Positions 50,690 through 59,624 of a stretch of DNA of 64,000 nt are shown here, one piece after another. The first letter of the stretch is position 1. The number at the start of each line of letters is the position of its first letter. This DNA is from Pseudomonadota bacterium. GTDB taxonomy: Bacteria; Pseudomonadota; Alphaproteobacteria; Acetobacterales; Acetobacteraceae. The DNA lies in the NCBI GenBank assembly GCA_019352115.1, contig JABBNW010000002.1, positions 1,040 to 65,039 on the forward strand, written 5' to 3'. Below the pieces are notes generated by a model that did not search any database, was not told the DNA's origin, and worked only from the letters and a program-made list of their open reading frames with translations. A program made the translations under genes and the position numbers.

Positions 50690-51793
50690 TCAGAACAGGT
50701 CGGAGAGGTGGCGGACGTGGCCGGTGTCGATATCCGCTTCCACGCTCATGCCGGCGCGCAACGGCGGGTCGCCCGGCTTGCGATCGACCCGGATTCGCAC
50801 CGGGATCCGCTGCACCACCTTCACCCAGTTGCCGGACGTGTTCTGCGCCGGCAGGATCGAGAACTCGGAACCCGAGTTGGGCGCGATGCTCTCCACCACG
50901 CCCTTCCAGACCCGGCCGGGGTAGGTATCGACGCTGATGGTGACCGGATCGCCGGCTTTCACCCAGGTCAGCTCGGTCTCCTTCGGATCGGCCTCGACCC
51001 AGACATGCCGTGTGGACACCAGCCCGAAGGCTGCCGTCGCGGCGCGCAGGTACATGCCCGGCTGGGTGCTGTCGACATTGGTCACGACGCCGGGGAAGGG
51101 TGCGCGGATGATGCTGTCGCCGTAGTTCAGCTCCGCCTGGTCGAGCTTCGCCGCCGCCGCCTGGTAATCCGGCAGGCTGCTGATCGGCGCGGTGAGCGAC
51201 CCGCCCAGCTTCGCCATCTGCACTTCCGCCTGCAACCGCGCCGCTGCGACCGCCTGTTTGTCGGATTCGAGCTTGAACCGCGCGTCGTCGTATTCCGCGC
51301 GCGTGATGCCGCCGCTTTTTACCAGCTTGGCGTAGCGGTCGAAGTTCGCCTGGTCGGAGCGCACCTGTGTCGCCTTCGCATCGGCGTCGCGCACCATCCG
51401 CGCGTAGTCCCGCCGCATCGCGCGCAGGGTGAGCTCGGTCTCGGCCAGGTTCGCGCGGGCCTCGGCGATCGCGACCTTGAAGTGGCTCGGGATCAGCCGC
51501 ACCAGCACCTGGCCCTTGACGACGTGCTGTCCGTCCTTCACCGGCACGTCCTGCACGATGCCGGAGACGTCGGTGGACAGCGCCTCCTTCGCCGCGTGCA
51601 CATAGGAATCGTCGATCGAGACGTAGCGCCCGCCCTGCAACCAAAACACCAACGCGCCGGCGGCGACGACGACGATGCCGGCGACCATCAACATCGGGCC
51701 GAGCGCGTGGCGGCTCACCCGCATCCGCGACGGGCGCCCGGCGACGTTACTCCCGACGTCGCGGGGGGTGGGTACTGCGGCCGATTGCGACAT
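50690..51793 (-). CDS. HlyD-family membrane fusion protein, EmrA-like
   Basis: ATG 51793 overlaps the marR-family stop by 1 nt. It has an N-terminal TM segment (LGPMLMVAGIVVVAAGALVFWL) and the block VSIDDSYVHAAKEALSTDVSGIV..V.V.DGQ.V..GQVL. A coiled-coil region follows, and the protein ends ...LRAGMSVEADIDTGH. Confidence 0.85.
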   Translation of the reverse strand: MSQSAAVPTPRDVGSNVAGRPSRMRVSRHALGPMLMVAGIVVVAAGALVFWLQGGRYVSIDDSYVHAAKEALSTDVSGIVQDVPVKDGQHVVKGQVLVRLIPSHFKVAIAEARANLAETELTLRAMRRDYARMVRDADAKATQVRSDQANFDRYAKLVKSGGITRAEYDDARFKLESDKQAVAAARLQAEVQMAKLGGSLTAPISSLPDYQAAAAKLDQAELNYGDSIIRAPFPGVVTNVDSTQPGMYLRAATAAFGLVSTRHVWVEADPKETELTWVKAGDPVTISVDTYPGRVWKGVVESIAPNSGSEFSILPAQNTSGNWVKVVQRIPVRIRVDRKPGDPPLRAGMSVEADIDTGHVRHLSDLF

Positions 51794-52293
51794 CACACCG
51801 TCTCCGATTCTGCGCCGGCGGGCGTTGCGCCGATTTCCTCCGCTTGCGGGTCGGGTTCGGCGCGACGCGCGGCCATCAGGTTGGCTTTCATGGTCACGAG
51901 GGCATCCGTCATGGTTTTCAGGGTGGCCGGGGCAAGCCCGGCGGCGAGCATGCGGGTGATGTCCGCCCGCTGAACGTCGATGTCGCGCAGGACCTCGGCG
52001 GCGGGGGAGAGCAGGTGGAGGCGCCAGATTCGGCGGTCGCGCGGGTCGGCCCGACGCTCCACCATGCCGCGCGCCTCCAGCCGGTCGATCAGCCGGGCGA
52101 CGCTGATCGGCTCCACTTCCAGCAGCTCGGCGAGTTCCTTCTGCGACAGGCCCGGCTGGCGTTCCAGCCAGATCAGGATCGCCCATTGGGCCCGGGTCAT
52201 GCCCTGGATCCGCGCGCGCTTGTCGGCGTCGACCCGCAGCAGTCGGGCGACGTCGTGCAGCAGGAACAGCAGATCACGACGGGAGTCGGACAA
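51793..52293 (-). CDS. MarR family transcriptional regulator
   Basis: 166 aa with a TTG start. The winged HTH is MTRAQWAILIWLERQPGLSQKELAELLEVEPISVARLIDRLEARGMVERRADPRDRR. Confidence 0.85.
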   Translation of the reverse strand: MSDSRRDLLFLLHDVARLLRVDADKRARIQGMTRAQWAILIWLERQPGLSQKELAELLEVEPISVARLIDRLEARGMVERRADPRDRRIWRLHLLSPAAEVLRDIDVQRADITRMLAAGLAPATLKTMTDALVTMKANLMAARRAEPDPQAEEIGATPAGAESETV

Positions 52294-52319
52294 TTGTTTG
52301 GCTGCTTTCCAGGACGAAC

Positions 52320-52345
52320 GCTTATCATAAGCAGCGTTATCATGA
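52320..52345. promoter_or_regulatory. Candidate MarR operator: 13-bp perfect palindrome plus direct half-site repeat
   Basis: GCTTATCATAAGC occupies 52320-52332, followed by a second TTATCATGA at 52337-52345. It lies 27-52 nt upstream of the marR-family start and is AT-rich in a GC-rich context. Confidence 0.45.
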
Positions 52346-52418
52346 CCAAGCCAGCGGCAAACCTATGCGGCAGGCGCAGGCCGGACCCGAGGCGTACGAG
52401 GGGGGCAGCGAGCGGCGA

Positions 52419-53303
52419 TCAGGCCGCGACCTGCTCCGCGGTCGGCGCATCGCCGGCGACCGTGGTGCGGCGCATGTCGCGCGGCTCGCGGTCGTCGAAT
52501 CGGCGCACGCGGTGCATGGTCTGGCGGTTGTCCCACATGACAAGGTCCCACTGCCGCCAGCGGTGCACATAGACGAACCCCGGCTGGGTGGCGTGCTCCG
52601 CCAGCTCGCGGATGAAGGCCATCGCCTCCGGCCGCGGCCAGCCGACGATCGTGCCGATATGGGATGCAAGATAGAGCGACCGCCGCCCGCTCACCGGATG
52701 CGTCCGCACCAGGGACTGCCGCACCGGGCGGAATTGCGCCTTCTCCTCGTCCGTGAGGTCGGTGAAACCGAGCGTGCCGCGCGAGTAGATCAGCGAATGT
52801 TCGCAGATCAGGCCTTCGACCTCGGCCTTGGTGGCGGGATCTAAGGTGTCCCAGGCGGCGCGCATGTCGGCGAATTCGGTGTTGCCGCCGCGATTGGCCG
52901 GCAGCCGGCACGACAGGATGGAATATTTCGCCGGCACGGCCCGGAACGAGCTGTCGGAGTGCCAGAGCTGGTTGCCGAGGTTGAACAGCCGCCGCCGGTC
53001 GTCGCGCGCCAGCGGGCGGTTGTCCTGGCCGAGGTTGGACACGTCGTTCATGCCCTGCGGCAGGCGCTGCTCGCCCGGCTTGGTGACGTTGCCGCCGCGC
53101 GCGGTCTCGATCGCGCCGAAGTTGCGGGTGAACGCCATCTGCTGCTCGTCGGTCAGGTGCTGGTCGTGGAACACCAGCACGGTGTAGCGGTCCATGCCCG
53201 CCTCGATCGCGGCCACCTCGTCCGTGGACAGCGGGCGGGTCAGGTCGACGCCGGACACTTCGCCCGCGAAATCGGGCTGCAGCGGTTGGACGGAGAGGGC
53301 CAT
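52419..53303 (-). CDS. TauD/TfdA family Fe(II)/2-oxoglutarate-dependent dioxygenase
   Basis: Track ORF 52419..53309. ATG 53303 has better spacing to AGGAGG. Sequence includes LVFHDQHLTDEQQMAF...WHSDSSF (HxD iron ligands)...GGNTEFADM...VMWDNRQTMHR. Confidence 0.8.
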   Translation of the reverse strand: MALSVQPLQPDFAGEVSGVDLTRPLSTDEVAAIEAGMDRYTVLVFHDQHLTDEQQMAFTRNFGAIETARGGNVTKPGEQRLPQGMNDVSNLGQDNRPLARDDRRRLFNLGNQLWHSDSSFRAVPAKYSILSCRLPANRGGNTEFADMRAAWDTLDPATKAEVEGLICEHSLIYSRGTLGFTDLTDEEKAQFRPVRQSLVRTHPVSGRRSLYLASHIGTIVGWPRPEAMAFIRELAEHATQPGFVYVHRWRQWDLVMWDNRQTMHRVRRFDDREPRDMRRTTVAGDAPTAEQVAA

Positions 53304-53374
53304 GACCATATCCTCCTGAACGTTTTGGCGACCATAGGAGCGCCGGCCGCACCTGTCTGCCCCCGCGGATCGCT

Positions 53375-54754
53375 TCAGCCGCCCGCTGCGCGCAGGTCGG
53401 CGATGAAGCGGTCGCGCCAGGCATCCAGGCTGTTCGCGCGCAGCACGTCCAGCATGGCGGCGTGGCGCCCGCGGCGTTCCTCGATGGACATGGCCAACGC
53501 CTGATCGAGCGCGCCGGCGATGCCGGCTTCGTCATACGGATTGACGATCAGCGCGGCGGTCAGCTCGCGCGCCGCGCCGGCGAATTGCGACAGCACCAGC
53601 ACCCCGGGGTCCTCCGGGTCCTGCGCGGCGACGTATTCCTTCGCCACCAGGTTCATCCCGTCGCGCAGCGGGGTCACCAGACCGACCCTTGCTTCCGCAT
53701 ACAGCGGCATCAGCGCGGCGCGCGGGAAGCTGCGGTTGAGGTAGCGCAGCGGCACCCAGTCCACATCGGCGAAGCGGCCGTTGATGCGCCCGGCCTCGGC
53801 TTCCAGCTCATGGCGGATCTCGCGGTAGGTCTGGATGTCGGAGCGCGACGGCGGCGCGATCTGCATGAAGATCACCTGGCCGTGCGCGGCGGGGGTGTCG
53901 GCCAGGAAGCGCTCGAAGGCGACGAAGCGCTGGCGCAGGCCCTTGGCATAGTCCAGCCGGTCGACGCTGAGGATCAGGCTGCGGCCGTGCAGATTGGTGC
54001 GCAGGCGCAGCGCCTGGCGGCGGTTGGCGGGCAACTCGGCCTCCGCGCGCACCTCGTCCACGTGCACGCCGATCGGATAGACGCCGGTGGCGAAGATCCG
54101 GCCGAAGGCGCGCAGCCGGTTGCCTCCCAGCGCCTCGCCGCCGGCTTGGCGGACGATGTAGTCGGTGAAGGCGCTGCGGTCCGGCTCGGTCTGGAAGCCG
54201 ATCACGTCGTAGGCGGCCATCGCGCGCACGACCTCGGCGTGGGCCGGCACGGTCATCAGCACGCCGGGTTCGGGGAAGGGCGTGTGCAGGAACAGGCCCA
54301 TCCGGTTGCCGACCCCGGCCTCCCGCAGCGCTTCGGCGAGGCCCAGCAGGTGGTAGTCGTGCGCCCAGATCAGGTCGTCCGGCCGCAGCACCGCATGGAG
54401 CGAGCAGGCGAACAGCGCGTTCACCCGCCGATAGCCGGCGAACTCCCCCCAGTCGAAGCGCGCCAGGCCCATTTGGTAGTGCAGCACCGGCCAGAGAGTG
54501 CCGTTGGCGAAGCCGCGGTAGAACTCGTCGTAGTCGCGCCGCGACAGATCAATGGTGCGCAGCGTGATCCGGCCGACGTCGCGGCCGGGATTGGGCAAGG
54601 TCTCGGCGTCGTTGGAAACCTGCCCGCTCCAGCCAAACCATACGCCGCCATCGGCGCGCAGCGCATCGAGCACGCCGACGGCGAGCCCACCGGCAGCGGG
54701 CTCGCCCTCGGTAATCGGCGCCACCCGGTTGGAGACGACGACCAGGCGCGACAC
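53375..54754 (-). CDS. otsA: Alpha,alpha-trehalose-phosphate synthase (UDP-forming)
   Basis: 459 aa with a GTG start: [12 protein letters not shown]...GGLAVG...FGWSG...LWPVLHY...[12 protein letters not shown]...[10 protein letters not shown]...[13 protein letters not shown]. Confidence 0.9.
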   Translation of the reverse strand: MSRLVVVSNRVAPITEGEPAAGGLAVGVLDALRADGGVWFGWSGQVSNDAETLPNPGRDVGRITLRTIDLSRRDYDEFYRGFANGTLWPVLHYQMGLARFDWGEFAGYRRVNALFACSLHAVLRPDDLIWAHDYHLLGLAEALREAGVGNRMGLFLHTPFPEPGVLMTVPAHAEVVRAMAAYDVIGFQTEPDRSAFTDYIVRQAGGEALGGNRLRAFGRIFATGVYPIGVHVDEVRAEAELPANRRQALRLRTNLHGRSLILSVDRLDYAKGLRQRFVAFERFLADTPAAHGQVIFMQIAPPSRSDIQTYREIRHELEAEAGRINGRFADVDWVPLRYLNRSFPRAALMPLYAEARVGLVTPLRDGMNLVAKEYVAAQDPEDPGVLVLSQFAGAARELTAALIVNPYDEAGIAGALDQALAMSIEERRGRHAAMLDVLRANSLDAWRDRFIADLRAAGG

Positions 54755-54778
54755 GGCGGGCGCCGCCGCCGGGGCGGA

Positions 54779-56584
54779 TCAGGCCGCGGCCGGAATCGGG
54801 TCCATCTGCTGCTTGCGCAGCAACTCGCGATAGGCGCCGGGTCGCTGGGCCAGGACCTCCGGCGCGCCTTCCTCGATGATGCGCCCGCCGTCCATCACGA
54901 TGATGCGATCGAAATGCGCCAAGGTGGACAGCCGGTGGGCGATGGCGACGACGGTGCGCCCGCGCATCAGCTTCTCGAGCGCCGCCTGGATCGCGTGTTC
55001 GCTTTCCGAATCGAGCGCGCTGGTCGCCTCGTCGAGCAGCAGGATCGGCGCGTCCTTCAGCAGTGCCCGCGCGATCGCCAGCCGCTGGCGCTGCCCGCCG
55101 GACAGTTTCACGCCGCGATCGCCGACGACGGTGTCGAAGCCTTCCCGCAGCGCCTCGATGAAATCGCGGCAGTGGGCGGACGTGCAGGCGGCGAGCACCT
55201 GTTCGCGGGTGGCATCGGGCCGGGCGTAGCGGATGTTCTCCAGCACCGTGCGGTGGAACAGGCTGATGTCCTGCGGCACCACCGCCATCGACTGGCGCAG
55301 GCTGTCCTGCGTCACGGTGCGGATGTCCTGGCCATCGAACAGTATGCGGCCGCCGTCGACGTCGTGGAAGCGCTGCAGCAGCGCGAGCACGGTCGATTTG
55401 CCGGCGCCCGAGGTGCCGACCAGCCCGACCCGCTCGCCGGGCCGGATGGTGAGGTCGAAGCCGCGCAGCACGGCGCCCCGGCCGGGGTAGGAGAACTGCA
55501 CGTCCTCGAACGCGACCGCGCCCTCGCCCGGCACGATCGGTTTCGCGCCGATCTGGTCCGGCAGGTCGTGCGGAGTCAGCACGGCGCCGATCGCTTCTTC
55601 CAGCCGCGCCACGTCCTGCGTCAGGGCGACCAGCGCCACCGCGAGATCGCGCGTCGCACTCAGGATGGTCATGGCGAGGGTGGTGAGCAGCACGATGTCG
55701 CCCACGGTCGCCTCGTGATGCTGCCACATCACGATCCCGTAGGCGACCACGCCAGCGGTCAGCACGGCGGTCAGCGCGGCGTGCAGCAGGCGCAGACGTT
55801 CCAGGTAGAACAGGCTGGCGCGGCGGGCGTCCATCTCCTCGTCGATGCGCGAACCCAGGCGGCGGCGTTCGCGCAAGGTGGCGCCGAACGCGCGCACCAC
55901 GTTCATGTTGCCGACGATATCGACCAGCTCGCCGTCCACCGACGCGGCGCGCGCCGCATACGCACGGTGCAACGGCGTGCCGCCGCGGGCGAGCCGGTAG
56001 ATCAGCGCGCCCAGGCCGAGCGCAAGCGCCACCAGCACTGCGGCAAGCCCGGGGTTCACCGAGCCGATGAAAGCGATCGAGAACAGAACCGCGATGATCG
56101 GCGGCAGCACGTTCCAGGCGCCGGTGTTGGAAACCGTGAAGGCCGCCGCCGCGGTGGCCGAGATGCGCCCGGCGAGCGTGCCCGGCAGCCGATCGGCGAA
56201 CCAGGCCGGGGAGTGACCGGACAAATGCGCGAACAAGTCGCGGCGGATGTCGCCGGTGACGGCGACGAAGCTGCGCGCGGCAGCGAAGCCGCCGACCCGC
56301 CACAGCATATTATCGGCGGCAATGAACCCGACCAGGATCAGGAACGCGCCCCACACGTTGCCGCCGGCGTCCGGGCCCGCGGCGACGACGTCGATCAGGT
56401 TCTTGAGCCCGTACTGGGTGGACACGCTGGCGCCCACGGCGGCCAGCACGGAGGTGAAGATGACGGCGTGGCCGAGCGCATGGCGGCGGGCGTAGTGGGC
56501 CAGGAAACCGAGCGGACGCGACCGCAGCTCGCCAAGCGCGGCATCGGGCGGGGCAGGGGGTGTGAACTTGTGGACTGAACCCAT
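54779..56584 (-). CDS. ABC exporter, fused permease/ATPase (MsbA/ABCB-like)
   Basis: Track ORF 54779..56767, with the start moved to ATG 56584 (MGSVHKFTPP...). It has an N-terminal six-TM domain. Motifs are Walker A GTSGAGKST, signature LSGGQRQRLAIARAL and Walker B ILLLDEATSALD. It ends 24 nt upstream of otsA on the same strand. Confidence 0.85.
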   Translation of the reverse strand: MGSVHKFTPPAPPDAALGELRSRPLGFLAHYARRHALGHAVIFTSVLAAVGASVSTQYGLKNLIDVVAAGPDAGGNVWGAFLILVGFIAADNMLWRVGGFAAARSFVAVTGDIRRDLFAHLSGHSPAWFADRLPGTLAGRISATAAAAFTVSNTGAWNVLPPIIAVLFSIAFIGSVNPGLAAVLVALALGLGALIYRLARGGTPLHRAYAARAASVDGELVDIVGNMNVVRAFGATLRERRRLGSRIDEEMDARRASLFYLERLRLLHAALTAVLTAGVVAYGIVMWQHHEATVGDIVLLTTLAMTILSATRDLAVALVALTQDVARLEEAIGAVLTPHDLPDQIGAKPIVPGEGAVAFEDVQFSYPGRGAVLRGFDLTIRPGERVGLVGTSGAGKSTVLALLQRFHDVDGGRILFDGQDIRTVTQDSLRQSMAVVPQDISLFHRTVLENIRYARPDATREQVLAACTSAHCRDFIEALREGFDTVVGDRGVKLSGGQRQRLAIARALLKDAPILLLDEATSALDSESEHAIQAALEKLMRGRTVVAIAHRLSTLAHFDRIIVMDGGRIIEEGAPEVLAQRPGAYRELLRKQQMDPIPAAA

Positions 56585-56786
56585 CGGGATAGGCGCCTTC
56601 CAACCGGCAAGGGGACGACCCTGTCTATCTGGAGCGCAATCGCAGCAATCGTGAGGCAAAGGTGCCGGATTCTCGCCACATTCGATTTCTATATCGGATC
56701 GGTGACAAGTGGGAGCGACGGACAAGTCGCGCCGGATGGCCGGACAGTATCCGCTCCCGCAGGCCAAGTAAAAAGGGGTCTCGTTT

Positions 56787-57845
56787 ATGCGTATCGCTCA
56801 AATTGCGCCGCTGTTCGAGGCGGTGCCGCCCAAGCTGTATGGCGGCACCGAGCGGGTGGTGTATTCGCTCACCGAAGAACTGGTCGCAATGGGGCACGAC
56901 GTGACCCTGTTCGCCAGCGGCGATTCCGTTACCTCCGCGACCCTGGCGCCGATGCGCGACCAGGCGATCCGGCTCGATCCCGCCGTCAAGGACTGGATCG
57001 CATACTACATGCGGATGATGGAGCTGGTCTATCGCCGGGCCGGCGAGTTCGACGTGCTGCACTTCCATACCGACTACTTCCCGCTGTCGCTGTTCTCCCG
57101 CCAGCCGACGCCGTTCGTGACCACCCTGCACGGCCGGCTCGACCTGCCGGAGTTCAAGGAGGTCTACGAGACGTTCCCGGACGCCCCGTTCGTCTCCATC
57201 TCCGATCACCAGCGCCGGCCGATCCCGGACCTGAACTGGGTGCGCACGGTGCTGCACGGCATGCCGGCTCGGCTGTTGACGCCGCAACCGGTGGCGCAGC
57301 GCTATTTCGCCTTCCTCGGCCGCGTCTCGCCGGAAAAGGGCCTCGACAAGGCGATCCGCATTTCCGCTGCCGCCGGCGTGCAACTGAAGGTCGCGGCCAA
57401 GGTCGACAATGCCGATCGCGCCTATTACGAACAGGAGATCGCGCCACTGATCGCCGCCAACCCGCACGTGGAGTTCATCGGCGAGATCAACGATGCGCAG
57501 AAACCCGAATTCCTGTCCGGCGCACACGCATTGTTGTTCCCGATCGACTGGCCGGAACCGTTCGGCCTCGTGATGATCGAATCGATGGCCTGCGGCACGC
57601 CGGTGATCGCGTTCAACCGTGGCTCCGTGCCGGAAGTGATCGACCACGGCGTAACCGGCTTCATCGTCCCGGATGAGGCCGCCGCCATCGCCGCGGTCGG
57701 CAGCATCGACAAGCTCGATCGCCGCGCCGTACGCGCCACCTTCGACCGCCGCTTCACCGCGCGACGCATGGCCGAAGACTACCTCGACGTTTATGAGGAA
57801 CTGATCGTCGGCCGCCGCCCGCTGCTGCGCGCCGTCGGCGACTGA
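56787..57845 (+). CDS. Glycosyltransferase family 4 (GT-B)
   Basis: 352 aa: MRIAQIAPLFEAVPPKLYGGTERVVYSLTEELVAMGHDVTLFASG...GRVSPEKG...WPEPFGLVMIESMACGTPVIAFNRGSVPEVI. Confidence 0.85.
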   Translation: MRIAQIAPLFEAVPPKLYGGTERVVYSLTEELVAMGHDVTLFASGDSVTSATLAPMRDQAIRLDPAVKDWIAYYMRMMELVYRRAGEFDVLHFHTDYFPLSLFSRQPTPFVTTLHGRLDLPEFKEVYETFPDAPFVSISDHQRRPIPDLNWVRTVLHGMPARLLTPQPVAQRYFAFLGRVSPEKGLDKAIRISAAAGVQLKVAAKVDNADRAYYEQEIAPLIAANPHVEFIGEINDAQKPEFLSGAHALLFPIDWPEPFGLVMIESMACGTPVIAFNRGSVPEVIDHGVTGFIVPDEAAAIAAVGSIDKLDRRAVRATFDRRFTARRMAEDYLDVYEELIVGRRPLLRAVGD

Positions 57846-57905
57846 ACCGCCACGCGGCCCCGTCTCCCGCGCCGGGGACGGGGCAGCACACGAGCTCTTT
57901 TTTTC

Positions 57906-57946
57906 AGTGTCCTGCCCCTGAAAAGGCACTTCAGGGGCAGGACACT
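57906..57946. terminator. Perfect 17-bp-stem hairpin between convergent genes (possible terminator)
   Basis: AGTGTCCTGCCCCTGAA-aaggcac-TTCAGGGGCAGGACACT. A T7 run (57898-57904) lies on its 5' side on the + strand. The right arm overlaps the TAG stop of the PAP2 gene. Confidence 0.45.
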
Positions 57947-58529
57947 ACCGGGGCGCGCCCCGGCACAGCCCGATCCATCGCGCGGTGTCGAACGACGCCA
58001 CGCGAATATGCGCCTCCGCCGGCAGGCGCAGCCCATGCAGCAACGCCACTACCACCACGGCCCCGACCACGACCCAGCGCAGAGGCAGCCCGGCAGGCCG
58101 CGGCCCCGCCACCCGCGCCAGGACCAGCGCCCCCGCGACGCCGACTGCTCCGCCCAGCACCGCCTCCGCCCAGGAGTGCATCCCGAGTGCGATCCGGGTC
58201 AGGCCGATCACGATCGCGCCCCCCGCCGCCGCCAATCCCACCGCCGTGGCGCCCAGCCCCGCCAACACCGCCAGCCCGCCGCAGACCAGGGCGGCCGCCG
58301 CCGTGTGCCCGCTCGGACTGCGCAGCAAAGGCGGCCCGCAGGCAATGGCGAACAGCTTGAGCACCAGCATCACCGCCAACGTGCCGCCCGTCGCCAGAAG
58401 CCACGCCGCCGCCCCGCGCCGCCACCCCTGCGCCGCCAACACCGCCGCCAACACCAGAACCAGCGGCAAAACCACCGCCTGATCCGCAAAATCGGTGACG
58501 AACGTCACACCGCCCGATCCGGGCGCCAA
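57945..58529 (-). CDS. PAP2 (phosphatidic acid phosphatase type 2 / lipid phosphatase) family membrane protein
   Basis: 194 aa, multi-TM. Motifs are PSGHTAAA and RIALGMHSWAEAVLG (PAP2 motifs C2 and C3). The start is uncertain: TTG 58529 or GTG 58508. Confidence 0.75.
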   Translation of the reverse strand: MAPGSGGVTFVTDFADQAVVLPLVLVLAAVLAAQGWRRGAAAWLLATGGTLAVMLVLKLFAIACGPPLLRSPSGHTAAAALVCGGLAVLAGLGATAVGLAAAGGAIVIGLTRIALGMHSWAEAVLGGAVGVAGALVLARVAGPRPAGLPLRWVVVGAVVVVALLHGLRLPAEAHIRVASFDTARWIGLCRGAPR

Positions 58530-58541
58530 AACGGCCGGGTT

Positions 58542-58583
58542 CCAAGGGCTCGCCCTTGGCGGGGTTCAGGGGCAGAGCCCCTG
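58542..58583. repeat. Two adjacent GC-rich hairpins downstream of the MCE operon (terminator / REP-like palindromic units)
   Basis: CCAAGGG-ctcg-CCCTTGG occupies 58542-58559 and CAGGGGC-aga-GCCCCTG occupies 58567-58583. The second shares its core with the hairpin at 32316-32332. Confidence 0.5.
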
Positions 58584-58610
58584 GCCTTGCTTCCTGTGCC
58601 CCCTCCCACC

Positions 58611-59624
58611 TCAGCGCCCCAGGCTATGGTCAGGCGGCGGCGGGCCGGTCAGCAATTGGGCGGGGTATTGGCGCAGGCTTTCGGTGGTGGCGCGCAGGTT
58701 GGCGGCGGTTCCGCGCAGGTCGCGCAGGATGGGGCCGAGGCGGCTGTCGAGGGCGCGGGCGGTATCGGTGCCGGTTTGCACGGCGGTTTGCAGGTGGGCG
58801 ACCAGGGCGCTCATTTGCCGGGTCAGGCTGACCAGTCGTCCGCTGGCGGCGGCGCTGTTCGTCAGGGTGCGTGCCAGGGCAGGGTTTTTCGCCACTGCCT
58901 GCAGATCCGTCGCGGTGTGTCGCAGCGCGGCCGATAGCCCCGGCAGGTCGGCTTTCTGCACGGCGGTGCGGGTGGTCACGAGCAGCGCCTGGGCGTCGCC
59001 GAGGGTCTTATGGACGTCCCCGGTGGTGAGTTCGTCGTTCAGGGAATTAATTAACTGCTGTAACGAATCCGATAGCCGGTCGAGGTCGATCTTGTCCAGT
59101 TTCGCGAGCAGCGCCTGGGCCGCGTCCTGCACCTGGGTGAAGGTGCTCGGGATCGAAGGGATGTATTCCGCCTCCGGCTGCCAGGGCGGTGCCACCGAGG
59201 GATACAGCGCCGGATTGGAGAAATCGAGTTCGATGAAGCCCACGCCGGTCAACACCTGGGAGACGATGCGCGCCCGCAGCCCGAGCCGGATCGCGGTCGA
59301 AAGCTTCGGCATCGGGCCGATTTTCGCCACGTCCACGAGGTAGCGCACGAACACCTGCCGATAGGCCGGGTTGCGCAGGTCGGCCGGCGTGTGGCCGTAT
59401 TCGGCGCTGACGAGGCCAACCGCCGTTATCCGGCCGACCGTGACGCCGCGGTATTTCACCGGTGCGCCCACTTCCAGCCCTTGCACCGATTCGTGGAAGT
59501 AGCTTTCGTACACTTGTCCGTGGCCGAACCGCTGGCCGCCGAGGAACCAAACGATCCCGAGCAGCAACCCGAGACCGAGCACGATCAGCGCGCCGACGCG
59601 CAGGAAGACGCCGCTTCCGTCCAT
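58611..59624 (-). CDS. MlaD/MCE-domain protein with long helical C-terminal extension
   Basis: 337 aa with an N-terminal TM segment (FLRVGALIVLGLGLLLGIVWFL). The MCE domain has GLEVGAPVKYRGVTVGRI. About 170 aa of Ala/Leu/Thr-rich helical sequence follow. Confidence 0.85.
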   Translation of the reverse strand: MDGSGVFLRVGALIVLGLGLLLGIVWFLGGQRFGHGQVYESYFHESVQGLEVGAPVKYRGVTVGRITAVGLVSAEYGHTPADLRNPAYRQVFVRYLVDVAKIGPMPKLSTAIRLGLRARIVSQVLTGVGFIELDFSNPALYPSVAPPWQPEAEYIPSIPSTFTQVQDAAQALLAKLDKIDLDRLSDSLQQLINSLNDELTTGDVHKTLGDAQALLVTTRTAVQKADLPGLSAALRHTATDLQAVAKNPALARTLTNSAAASGRLVSLTRQMSALVAHLQTAVQTGTDTARALDSRLGPILRDLRGTAANLRATTESLRQYPAQLLTGPPPPDHSLGR

